DNA from: Podarcis filfolensis
Lineage: Eukaryota
Assembly: GCA_964270895.1 (NCBI GenBank)
Contig: OZ185446.1
Strand: one strand, 5' to 3'
DNA: 64,000 nucleotides
The first letter of the stretch is position 1. Every line of letters starts with the position of its first letter. The notes beneath the pieces were generated by a model. That model was not told the DNA's origin, did not search any database, and saw nothing but the letters and a program-made list of their open reading frames with translations. Below, in pieces: positions 52,408 through 64,000 of this stretch. The translations under genes and the position numbers were made by a program.

Positions 52408-52880
52408 GTGTCCAGTTCAAGGGAAGTAATAGCCCTGCTCTATTCTGCCTTGGTCAGACCACAACTAGAGTACTGTGTCCAGTTCAATTTAAGAAGGATA
52501 CTGACAAGCTGGAACCTGGGCAGAGAGGGTGACCAAGATGATAAAGGGTCTGGAAACCAAGCATATGATAGCAATCTTCAAATATCTAAATGGCTGTCAC
52601 ATGAGCAAGCTTGTTTTTTCCTGCTCCGGAGGGTAGAATCCACACCCAATGGATTCAAGAAAGGAGATTCTGACTAAGCATCAGGAATAACTTTCTGACA
52701 CTAAGAACTGTGGAATGACCTCCCTTGGAAGGTGGTGACTTTCCTTTATTGGAGGTTTTTAAGCAGAGGTTGAATGGTCACTTATAATGGATGCTTTAGT
52801 TGAGCTTCAAGCATTGCAGGGGGTTGGACTAGATGGACTTTGGGGTCCCTTCCAACTCTAAAATTCTATGACTTTATGAT
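52408..52880 (+). mobile_element. CR1 LINE 3' fragment
   Basis: SSSREVIALLYSALVRPQLEYCVQF (CR1 ORF2 C-terminus), ending ggtcccttccaactctaaaattctatga. A short minus-strand end of this family lies at about 1311-1343. Confidence 0.9.
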
Positions 52881-55239
52881 ATGCAAGGAGTACAGTCTTT
52901 GCTTACAGGTATCTCTACATACATACACTTTTGCATTTCAAGCCTTTTTTGTCTTACAGTTTGCAATATTGCCTTCATTCAAGGATAATACAAAGTATCT
53001 GATGGAGAGGGCCACAGACTATAAAAAATTAGACCATTAAGACTATTCTCTGTTTTTGTGGGGAAAGAATCTGAGTTATATTTCATTATAATATGAAGAA
53101 TAAGGGTTATTTGTCCAATCTGGTATCCAAAATATTGAAAGTGTATCATTAATTTAAGAATCACAGCAAGCAACTGAACAACGTCTCCACAGCTAAAATT
53201 TTGGAGCCAGGCACTCTAGTTGCAATGCAGTTAAACTTTAAAAAATATGTTTTTCTCACATGCATTTCTCACACAGAGAGATTAATTTTAGTTTGCTGAT
53301 TTTTGCCAAAAGCTACAAACTATAAAACATATTAAGTACAGACTTCTATAGCAGATATATGATACAGGATGTAGTTTCTGCTTTCTTTTTCCAGTCTTTC
53401 AAATATTTTGGGTTGTTTGAGTTTGACTGATGAGAATGAGGGTGTTTTGCATACATAGTAAAAAAGAACTTGTTTCAGCTTTGGAGTGCAAGTCATTTTT
53501 ACCATACAAAACCCCTGTTTTTGTGCAAGCAGAAGGGAATACTTTGAGCCTTTTGAATATAGGAGACCTTAAAGCAGACAATAGTATGTAAACAATCTGC
53601 AAATATATAACTTTGCTAGGACAACCTCAAGGCTGAGAGCAAAGCTTTCAGAAAGACCCCTTCATCAGATTTCCTTCTACTCTTCATTCCGAACAAAGCC
53701 CTGGCTGACAATACAGAAATCTCCTTCTTTCTTAGGATTAAACCCCTTTGCAGGAAAAGTATGCAAATGCTGTACGTGTTTCCCTTGTCTGAGGCTACTC
53801 TAAACCAGATATCTTTTCACTGTCTGTTTTATTCAGGCAGACCATCCTACTGGCTGACAGGGAGACCAGCCTTCCAATTCAATATGTTTCACAGTACTGA
53901 CAGTTGGATCCTGGGGCCTGCCATGGACTTTAAAAAGAGCTCATTTAGTCATAATTAACTATTCCTTGCATATTTTCTAAGGTATGGTAATTGTGGTAAT
54001 AGCCAACAAGTGAAGCATTCATTCCAGTTTTCTTTTAATTTTCTTTTCCACAGCATTTTTTTTTAAGCTCCTTTCCCCTTTTTCTTATTATTGGCCTCCT
54101 CCTTGGTAACCTTCAGAGAAACTAGACAGAAAGAGGTACGTAGAGGAGGGGGAAGGGGGGAAGGGAAAGGTTGCTTTAAAAAAAGCAGAGCTTGCCAAAT
54201 TTTACCCATTATATAATTGTTTTGTATCACAGAGTGGAGAATATGAACAGGATACAACTGGTATTAATATTCAAAGGATTGGCAAGCCAACCAGTCTGCA
54301 TAGTTGGGGAATAAGTTGTATCTAACTTACTACATATTTATATCATAAATGCATTCGTTCTTACCCATCTGCTCTTACTGCCCAAATCTGAAATTAGTTG
54401 GAAATTATATGAGTTCAGGCAAGGCCATTTCAAACACTTGTGTTTGAACAGATCAACATACCCACAGAGTGCAGGGGTGTTTATTTATTTTTCTTTTATT
54501 GTGCAGATACAAAAAACCCCTCAGATTTATTTATTTTTAATCCTCACAAACATATAATTAAAGATTGGTTCTAAAGAGGGAATAAAATCTTCAGTGATGT
54601 TGCAAGCTGGAGTATAAAGTGGAGAATGTTAGAAGCATTTTCTCCTGAAAAATTCAATTCTTGGATGTCTAGGAGCTGCCAAAAAAAGGGAATTTCCTCT
54701 CTACCTATTCTGCTACTACATTTTCATTTCCTCCCAAATGCACTAGTCATTTTCAATGTAATAGTAAATGGCATACCACAGCATTAGAAGCTCACCATCT
54801 AGATTCCATTAAGAAGAAAAATAGATGGTAAAAGAGTGTAGCATTTGTAACAGTCAAAGCTGAATGAAATATCATCATTAGAAGAAACACTCATTCATAT
54901 GACAGCTTTGTGTGCTGTTGATTGACCCCTTCAATGCTAAAACCAAAGGTTTGAAAATCATGGCAGAAAAAGCAAGTGTATATTTCCCTAAGTCCAAGGA
55001 TTGGGAAATTGTTCTGGCCTGATGGCGACGTTTTGTCTTTGTCAACCTTCTGGGCACCACATGCCAGTGATGGGTGTGGCCAAGGCAAAAGTGGGTGTGG
55101 TCACCCCATATAGCTACAGAGACAAATACCTTCCCAAAGCATTTAGGCTTGAAAAATGCATTTTAGATTTTTTTCAAGCACTGCTTCAGTGGTTCCGCTC
55201 CTATACTTCCAGGGCCACTTCCATAAAGTAGTCATGAGG

Positions 55240-56080
55240 GGTTTCTGTTTCAGTTCAGCAACATGGAAATTATCTTGTGGTATCCCCACAGGATGATCTT
55301 GTCACCCATGCTATTTAACATTCATATGAAGTCTCTGGAAGCTGTCACCAGGAGATTTGGAGTCAAATGTCATCAATATGCAGATGACACCCACCTCTAT
55401 CATTCTGTTCCATCTGACTCTGGAGAGACAGTTGAGGTGTGAGATCAGTGCTTGGAGGCAGTGATGGGACGGATGTGGGCCAATAAACTGAAGATGAATG
55501 CTTAAAAGACAGAGGTGTTACATGTCTCAGGTTCTCATGTTGCGGAAGTGGGCAAGCAGCCTTCCCTGAATGAGGTTGTACTTTCCTGACAGGAGCAGCT
55601 TTGCTGTTTGGGAGTGCTCCCAGATTCAACACTGTTACTGGAGGCTCATCAGTTGACTTCAGTGACTAGGAATGCCTTCCTTCAGTTCCAGCTGGTTTGC
55701 TAACTATGACCCCTTTTTACTCCATGCTCTAGTAACTTTCAGACCGCAATAATTCAATGTGCTATATGGAGGGCTGTCATTGAAGATGACCCAGAAACTT
55801 CAGTTGGTCCTGAATGTAGCAGCTAGATTACTGGCTGAGGTTCCAACTTAGATCTCACATAACCCATGTTTCAAAACAGCTGCACTGGTTGCCAGTTCAT
55901 TTCTGGGCCCAATTCAAGTTGCTTATGTTAGTGTTTAAAGCCCTAAATGACTCAGGTCCAAAATATCTGAAAGACCATCTCCTTCTCTACAGACCCTACT
56001 GAGTGCTGAGATTGGCAGAGGGACCCTCTTGGCAAATCCTCTGCCCTCAGAGGCTCAGGGGGTGGAGGCCTGGGAGACGT
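55240..56080 (+). mobile_element. L2 LINE ORF2 (reverse transcriptase) fragment, decayed
   Basis: ILSPMLFNIHMK...CHQYADDTHLY (YADD at 55377-88) and LHWLPVHFWAQFK...KALNDSGPKYLKD, with frameshifts and stops. Confidence 0.9.
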
Positions 56081-56381
56081 TGAAGGGCAGGAAACAAACA
56101 AACAAATAAATAAATAAATAATAAAACTATTAGTGCACAACTAATTATTTATAGTTGTTTTTATTTATAGGACTGCAGCCAAAGGTCTAGTGTGCAAACT
56201 GTTAAGCTGACTATATACCAAGTAGCCCTATAAACAGTTTCGGTGCTAAATATAGTAATTTTTAAGGCATACATATTTTCATATTTTTCCGGATTTCTAT
56301 GGCACACACAGCCTGTAGTTGAAATTCAGAATGTTCTGGCTTGTTTAAAATCTATAAATTATAATTAAAACATCACATCTA

Positions 56382-56599
56382 CAATGGTACTTCAGTTTAC
56401 AAACTTAATCCGTTCTGGAAGTCCGTTCTTAAACTGAAACCATTCTTAAACCGAGGCGCGCTTTCCCTAATGAGGCCTCCTGCCGCCGGTGCCCTTCTAC
56501 CGGATTCTGTTCTTAGACCGGGGCACTACTTTCGGTTTTGTGGAGTTCGTAAACCAAATTGTTCATAAACAGGGCAGTTCTTAAACAGAGGTACCACTG
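56382..56599. mobile_element. Tigger/pogo-type MITE, related to 43908..44097
   Basis: ta|caatggtacttcagttta ... ttaaacagaggtaccactg|ta. Confidence 0.85.
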
Positions 56600-56620
56600 T
56601 ATTTTTGTTCCATTATCATA

Positions 56621-56750
56621 GGGATGAATAACCTGCAGCTTCCAGGTGTTGTTGGACTATAACTCCTATCACTCCTGGCCATTGATCATACAGGCTGGGG
56701 CTGATGGGAGTTGGAATCCAATAACATCTGGAGGGCTGCAAGTTCCACAC
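56621..56750. mobile_element. hAT-type palindromic MITE
   Basis: Long inverted arms tccaggtgttgttggactataactcctatca / tgatgggagttggaatccaataacatctgga. Confidence 0.75.
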
Positions 56751-57989
56751 AGATACCCTATGAAATCTAGTTGTCATATCAAAATTGCAGAATGGCACTG
56801 CTTATTCCTGCAGCAAACTTTACTTAGCCCTCTCCTGTGCATCTTGTTTCTGCAATCTAGTAGAACAATTTTATTTCCTTGGTAGACAGAATGATACTGC
56901 AACCTTGAAAATGTCTCCTGATTCCAAACAGCAACCCATCACCAATGGTACTTTTTCCAAAGTGTCTTCAGCAGTGAGTTGCTGTTTGTTCCTCCCTATG
57001 AGTTTTTGGATTACCGCTTGCTGCCCTCACCCCATGAGTCTTCAGGGTGAGCCTCTTTCCTTCTCCTGATGCAGACCAGTAAACTGCAGAAACAAACTGC
57101 ACAGGAGTGGTTGAATGCAAATTGGCTTAGAAATAATTAAAGCCATTTCCCAACACAATCAAGGTTGCTTATTATTAACAGTAAGTATCAGCACTGTTTA
57201 GATTTCCTCCCCGCCTTCCCTTTCTTAAAGGTCAGAAGGATGAATCACAGATTCTATACTGAAGTAAAAAAGGGGACGACGACCCTAAAAATGATAAAAT
57301 TGAAGATGTCAAGGTAAGCACTTTTGGTGGGGCTAGACCATTTTAATAAAATAAAGTAATTACTTCCTACACTGCCACCTTGGCACCTTGGGTTGCACTA
57401 GTCTCTACCTGCCTTGTAAGCTTTTGAAGAAGTCTGATGGTTCTCTAAACACTCACTTAAGCCTTGGTATTTCTAACTGGCTAGAATGTTTTGCTTTGAT
57501 ATATTCTAACTGTACAATTTAATTTTCAACCATCATTAAATATATTCATAGGCTAAACACTCACAATTCTAATTTACATCCTGGAACAAAACCCATGTCT
57601 ACTCACAATGGAATTTTATATACAGTGTATGTGCTATTTAGGAGGGTACAGGATCACATAAGAAAGCTCAACAAGATGCTGGACAAAGACCTGGAACAAA
57701 AAATAGAAACATTATGCCCAAATCCTATATGGCAAACTAATCTATTTCTAAACTGAGGAAGAATAAAAGTACAGCTTTCACAAAGAAAGGTGTGGCCTCC
57801 AAGCTTTGAGGAATCAAGCCTGAGGGCAGTGATTGTACAGAGAAAAGTGCATCAGTCACCAAGTCCTAAAGAAGTTTCAGTTTGAAAGTTACTGCCAAGG
57901 TTGGCAGAGGTTGCCTGTGGGGTCTTGCCCAAATCCTACACAGAAGGAACACAATGTGTCCCTCACCAGAGATAGTTCCCCTCCCCTAA

Positions 57990-58552
57990 CACATCTCAAC
58001 GCCTTCCACATGTGCTGTGTCATGAAGATTTTGGGTATCACATGGGAGGACAGAGTCTCAAACAAAGACATGCCCACATTCCCAGCATGTTTGCACTCCT
58101 GTCTCAGCAACATCTACGCTGGCTTGGTCATGTCCACAGATTGGAAGATGGCAGGATCCCCAAGGATGTGGGGAGCACCAGGCCCATTGCCAGACCGACG
58201 CTGCATTACAAAGGTGTCTGCAAAGGTGATATGAAGGTTGGCAAAATCAACCCTGCCTTGTGGGAACACTTTGCAGATGACTGCAGTACCTGGAGACATA
58301 GTCAGGTCATGCATCTGTAGCAGTGACCAGCTGACGAATGACCAGTGGGAGAAATGCAGAGAGAAGAAACACCAAGGTGCATCTGCAGCAGCACAACTGG
58401 ATGCCTTCATCTGCCCCAGCTGCAACAAAGCACGTCTCTCCCATATTGGTCTCTACAGCCACAGCAGGTGCTACAACCTTTTGACAGTTTAACTTCACCC
58501 CCAAAGGCGCACTCCTTCATTGTTTCCCGAGGCAGATGGATGTCAGCAACGT
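57990..58552 (+). mobile_element. RTE-clade LINE 3' fragment
   Basis: HLNAFHMCCVMKILGITWEDRVSNK, LRWLGHVHRLEDGRIPK, terminal CCHH finger CPSCNKARLSHIGLYSH and a short 3' UTR. Confidence 0.85.
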
Positions 58553-61500
58553 ATTATATCTACACCATGTCATCTTTACTTGCAGCTACATGCTGACTAT
58601 AGCAGCGTGGCACCATAAGGGAAATACGTCTGTAGAAATCAAATTACCTTAAGAGGTAAAATGAACTCTGCTGTTCTCTGTAGTGTGTGGTGTCATTTTC
58701 TTTTGCATCTTCCTACATTTGGCATCACTTATTGTCAAACACCACAGTATGTTCAAGAGAAAGCTGTGTCTATTGATCAGTGTCTCCAAACACTAATGAA
58801 GTCCTGAACCATCATAAATTAATTTGCTGCCAAGTTCTCACTCACAGTTGTTAATGCCCTATAAAGCAGTCTTGTAAATAAGTCCACATAAGTTAATAGC
58901 CTGCAATTTTTTTGCTAGTCTGCTGGGGACTGCCACTTGTTCTTTATGCCGGCTACTGAGTAGACATGGAATACTCTCATCCTCTTCTGCAATTCAGCTC
59001 ACCAAATGAAACTAATTGTCTGTGTTCAATTTGTTTCTACCTATGGCATCCAGGACTGCACTTAATATGTACAAGGTTGCTATTAAGAAAGTTCTAGATC
59101 AGAAATTCTGCAAGGTGATACAGCTCACTGGTACAGCACATGCTTTCATGCTGGAAGTCCCAGGTCCAATTCAACCTCCAGTTAAAAGCAATTCGGACAG
59201 CAAGGCTGAGAAAGACTTTCCTCTCCCTCAGACTCCAAAAAGCTGCTGCCAGCCTGAGTAGAAATACTGGACTAAGTACTGATCTAAGGCGTATAAACTT
59301 CATATGTGCCTAAAATGGAGGTAGTACTCATCTCTCACAGACCATCTGTTTTGTTAGAATTGAGGGGGTAGACTACGTGAATCAGTCCCCACTCCAGTCT
59401 GTTCTATCAGCTCCTTCACTGTGCTAGGGGTGAGGAACAGAGCGCAGGAAAGGGTGACCAGGGATGGAGGCCAAACCATGACTCCTCCTCTGTGGCAGTA
59501 TCATCACAATACTTCACTTTTAGTCAGCTCAAGTGATAAGCCAACTTGCAAGTTTGCTTGTCTCCTATTTTGTATATAAACTTTAAATTAGGATTAGGAT
59601 TGGGTGAATATCATAAACTATAGCTAGTCAGTGACAATACTGTGTTGTCTGGAATAAGAGGGCCTCAAACCTACATTGCATGTACTATATATTATCTTCC
59701 TGTTACTCAGTATTATGCACAAATATTTTTTCCCACACCAATTATGTACCTATCAGGGAATAAGTAGAATTTATTTTAGAGTTCAACTAAAGTAGGTTTA
59801 ACTCAGTAGGGAACCTGAGGTCTAGTCCAAATGCTCTCTGTTTGGCTCCAGGGACACACCTGAGGCACATACCACCTCTTCCCCAGACCTGCTCCATCCC
59901 CTCCTCGAGTGTTTTGCCTGACTAGAATGTGTCCTTAAAGTGTGATGTCATCTTTTGCTTGCCTGAATGGAGAGATGTGTTCGTATAAACCTATAATTTT
60001 GCATGGTTGAATGGTGTCTACTGTACAATGGTAAGAATCACATCTATTGGTCTGCCTATGGCCATGTTCAACATTGCTATGTGGCTCCCAGAAGGTTCTT
60101 TGCAATATAAAATATTCTCAGGAAATCTTAGAGACCACTGTGCTTGTGTATGAGTAAGAATAACTTATGAGCTGCTTGTATTACAAGATGGGGGAAGGTT
60201 AAATTGAATTGTCTGTTCCAAACCCTAAATTTGGGGGGGGGGAATGGTAGTTTGAAGTCATTCAAATAACATTGCATTGCAAACTAGGAATGGTGTTCTG
60301 ATCTCATGCAGTCTGCCTACCCACAGAAAATAAACATGAGCTGCTTTATAATTCAGTCTGTGTTGGAGACGGGGTTTTTTCGCCTTCCAGCAGAAGCTAA
60401 ATGGGGTGTGTGTAGAGAGAAAATCACATCCAGAAATCCCGCCCCGCTTTATAATGAATGCAACTCATATATACAAGCTTCTGCTGAATTGCTACAATTG
60501 CAGAGATAAACCATTTGAGAGTATGTCAGGTTTAATTAATACAACATGACCTGATCATTTGCACAGTTAGGAAGAAAGAAGTTTGCATTCTTTAAATCCA
60601 GAGCTCAACCTAGAGATTATGCTAAGTTGCTTCATTCACAGTCCACACTCCTCCGCACATGTCAGATGGGCAGCATTTGTCCCCTCTAGTGATAAACAAA
60701 TTATACATGAAATCAATTCCACTTCACAATAATTCTCCCTATTGGGCATTATCTTTCCTCCTCTGCTCCCTCCAGTTAAGCGTGCATCCTGTAACTTGCT
60801 AATGAGCTGGGGGCTCTCTGTTCCAGGTGGCACCCCCTGCCTCGAAGTCATGACATTTCCCATTTCGAATGCTGCTGGCATTTTTCAGCAGCTCCTGCTA
60901 ACTAGCCTTTTTGACCTGCGCTAAGAGGAACTCATCTCATTGAATCCTCTAACCTGCCAATCATTCCAGCAAATGATCTTCACAGTCACTCCCAAGGCAG
61001 GAGGAAAAAAAAGAAAGAAACAGAAAGAAAGGAAAAGCCAGCGAGAGAATGAGGGAGTAGGCAAGCAAGCTGCCTCTGCAGCTACCTAATGAGAATATTT
61101 TAAGTCTCAGAGGCAGCAGAAACATTGAAAAACTGGTGGGAAAATTAGGATAGAACTGAATGCCTGGCCCTGTAATTACTGATTTCTCTCCATCTTGAGA
61201 TCATGTCAAGAGCAGCACCTCTGAGCTTTGTTTTTTAAAACCTAGGCAAGTAAATTTCACCATAGAGCTATGAAAATAATTTCTTTCCTCTGCCACCATC
61301 AATATGTAATTCTCACAAGGCTACTTTATCAAATAGAATTCTTTCAAAATTAATTAAGAGCTATAAGCTTGTTAAAATGAATGTTTGCAGCTAAAATTGA
61401 TTATGTGGATTTGGTGGCAGTAGGGCTGTAAGTATATCCTAAGAACACCATTTTTACCCTGTAACACTGTATTCAACCAGAAATATGTTTTTGCACAGAA

Positions 61501-62913
61501 TTTGTGCATTATTTGTATGTTACATATTTTTGGTTTAGAAAGCTTTAATATAGGCAAAACTGTTTTTTTTAACAACAATGGTTATCCAGTCATATGCCTA
61601 TGTTTATTTAAAAGCTCTGTACATATCTCAAATTTTGTTCAAACTTTGCAAATGCCTGTTTCAGGATCACAGGATACTGAAGAGGAAGAATGCATAAACA
61701 CATTTTGTTGTGCAAATATGTTTTAATTAATGATTCTGAATTTCAAATCTCTCCCTCTCTACTACCCTTCATTAGACCATTAACACTATTCTATTTCTAT
61801 ATGAAGATAGAAGAAGCCTATTATAGACTGGTACAACAAAGTCATACAATTTGATCAAAATCATGCTTAAAAATCTCTGCACTAATAGGCAGGATTCCCT
61901 CTGAAACTAGGAATGTTTAATTCCCCATTAACCTCAGTGGGTGTTGGTATTGGACAGCTGAACTGAGTCAGTCTTTAGGGTATTTAGCTTTCTTTGTTTC
62001 TCGGACTGCTTCAGTCTCTTTACACTCAGTATCAATATTTTAGCTGTAATTCTTTTAGAAGCTCTTGTTCATAGAAACAATCCCTGCATATAGTTTTGGA
62101 GGACTTATAATTAACAATGTATTTTATTTCAGAATTCCACAAAAAGTAAAAATGATTTCTGAATTTTCAAATGCTGTAGATTATGCCTTCGAGACAATGC
62201 CTTTCGTTGGTTTTGCTGTCTCTGTAGGTTACAGGCCATGTGTCACAACTAAAGCTTTGTCTGGAAACCTCAGTTTCTCCCCTTCAGTGGTCCCACCTCT
62301 TCCCCCTGCCCTAGACAAAGCCTAGCCAATGGGTCACGTGACACAATAATCCTAAAAAAGAGGTAACGGTCTATGGGATAAACGGGATGGTTTAGAATTT
62401 CTTTTGCTTCTCCTTTTAGTCATTGTCATTAAGACATTGTCCTCCATGTATTCAAATGTCATTCCAAACCATCAGCCCACTTCAACTCAAACAGCCTTTT
62501 ATGTCCAGGCAGACCACTGGCAGACCAAAAAGATTGTTCAGTGGAAATCTGCTGCTTATCCTAATCATACAGTGAGCACAGAGCAAGGAAAGTTCTATCT
62601 TCTGCAACACAAATTCAGGAGCATACACGAAACAAAAAAACTCCACAAATTGTGCCTGATAAGAATCTTAATACTATCAGAATCTAGTAGCCTGTATTAA
62701 GATATATATTTAAATCAAAGTATTATTCATTAAAACAATCATCCACAAAATTGAGGATATTTTGCTTTTAGTCAGCTCCACATGGTTAGATTAGCAAACC
62801 TTAACTGCACATTTCATAAAGCAAACATAAGGAAAATCTCATTTGAATTCCTGTCACAAAAAGTCCTCCCCATCTATTGTCAACAACCCCTCACCACCTG
62901 TTGCCTGGAGCAG

Positions 62914-63775
62914 TAGGGTGTGTCATTTTAGGGGGTGAAACTTAATTTTTGCAAATTTCTTCAATGAGGGGTCTTGCGCTTGGACAACATTTAGTTTCGT
63001 AAATCGACATTTGATTAAAAAGCACATAAACTGCTCTCCGATTTTTATTTCACCTTCTGAAAATGTCAGGTAATGTGTTGTATTCTGCCTTTTCATTAGA
63101 AGTGGAATGCATACTTGGTTTTCCTAATGTAAATTCATCATTTCCATCAAGGCCATTAGCTATTTGTTCTTCATTTTCATCAGCAGTGAAAATAATTTGA
63201 TTTGATGGTAATGAAGCCTCCTGCTTACTTCTCTGCTTATATTCCGCAAGCCTTCTTTAGTCTTTTTGCCGCTTCCACTTTTTGACTTGTCTGTTATGCT
63301 CTGGCAGATTGAGCAAGCCAATCTGGTGTGGTCCAACAGAACCAGTCTTCTCTCCTCTGTCCTTTAATAAAAGCAAGTTGCTTCATAGGGATCTTCATCT
63401 CCTTAGGGCATGTACAGTTAATGTGAACTTCCTTTTTGCAACCATCATCTGCCGGACAGCCAAATTCAGGGCAGAAAAAAAAAATATACACTTGCAATTG
63501 AGGATGTCAAAAAGCTTGTCAAGTTTTGAAGGGAAAGCCTCTTTGACATCTAGCTTTTCTCTACCAAGAGACATGTTTTTGGCCTGCTCCCAGCTCTCTT
63601 GGATCTTCTTTAAGATTGTGACTCATGAATTTACAATAGGAGTGACAAAAGAACTGTTTACTTGTTCCTACCTTTCAAGCACTTGGAGTAAAGGCCCTTG
63701 CAAGACTGGCTGCTGGGTAATTTCTGACATCCTCACCACTTTGTTCTCTTAGCAGTAGCCCATACCTCAATGGGA
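62914..63775 (-). mobile_element. Truncated hATm/hATx-like DNA transposon: N-terminal transposase pseudogene plus one terminus
   Basis: Hand translation across frameshifts: YGLLLREQSGEDVRNYP / VTILKKIQESWEQAK..KLDKLFDILNCKC / CPEFGC..HINCTCPKEMKIPMKQLAFIKGQR / EKTGSVGPHQIG..EYNTLPDI. Terminus TAGGGTGTGTC at 62914. Subgroup assigned from recalled motifs. Confidence 0.7.
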
Positions 63776-63789
63776 GTTCAGAGGGCAAC

Positions 63790-64000
63790 AACCCTCAGCC
63801 AGTTCCAGTTCTGTTGTGCTGGTTTTGACCTATAAAGCCTTAAATGTCTCAGGGCCACATAACTCAAGGATCTCCTCTTTCCATGTGAACCTCCCTGGAC
63901 CCCGAGATCATCCTCTGAGGCCCTTCTTTGTGTGCCTCCTCCTCGAGTGGTCCAGAGGGTGGAAACACGAGAACGGGCCTTCCCTGCAATGGCTCCCCAT
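63790..64000 (+). mobile_element. L2 LINE 3' fragment running off the window
   Basis: gtgctggttttgacctataaagccttaaat (VLVLTYKALN)...gagatcatcctctgaggccctt...gaacgggccttc. Confidence 0.8.

Noticed and set aside
6200-62900. Numerous 60-160 aa ORFs in the track
   Set aside because: No domain similarity or exon structure apart from those assigned to transposons; lengths are typical of random ORFs.
41351-64000. Search for CDK14 coding exons (C-terminal ...SLSNSKH)
   Set aside because: None found on the minus strand; they are presumably beyond the window.

Overview
Vertebrate nuclear DNA from a squamate reptile, probably a lacertid lizard, judged from its Sauria/Squam1, Squam2- and Squam3-type SINEs. 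The only protein-coding gene is the intronless Wnt receptor FZD1 on the minus strand (3401..5179). It has a CpG-island promoter/leader and a 3' UTR running towards the window start. About 33 kb upstream on the same strand is a candidate non-coding terminal exon (about 38280..41350), which I attribute to CDK14 by synteny only; no CDK14 coding exon is visible. The rest is intergenic or intronic sequence with LINE remnants (CR1, L2, RTE), SINEs, solo LTRs, MITEs, microsatellites and motif-dense candidate enhancers. Best leads: (1) a cap-proximal 16-codon, 75% Arg/Lys uORF in the FZD1 leader, whose single TAG sits in a CGG/CAG tract and stops it running over the main AUG; (2) two N blocks in FZD1 that exactly match the length of the missing conserved protein, suggesting the third, non-coding N block hides a highly conserved element; (3) a decayed hATm/hATx-type transposase with one terminal inverted repeat near the window end. 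No database searches were run; family assignments and cross-species comparisons are from recognition and recall. No tRNA, rRNA, CRISPR or prokaryotic features were found.
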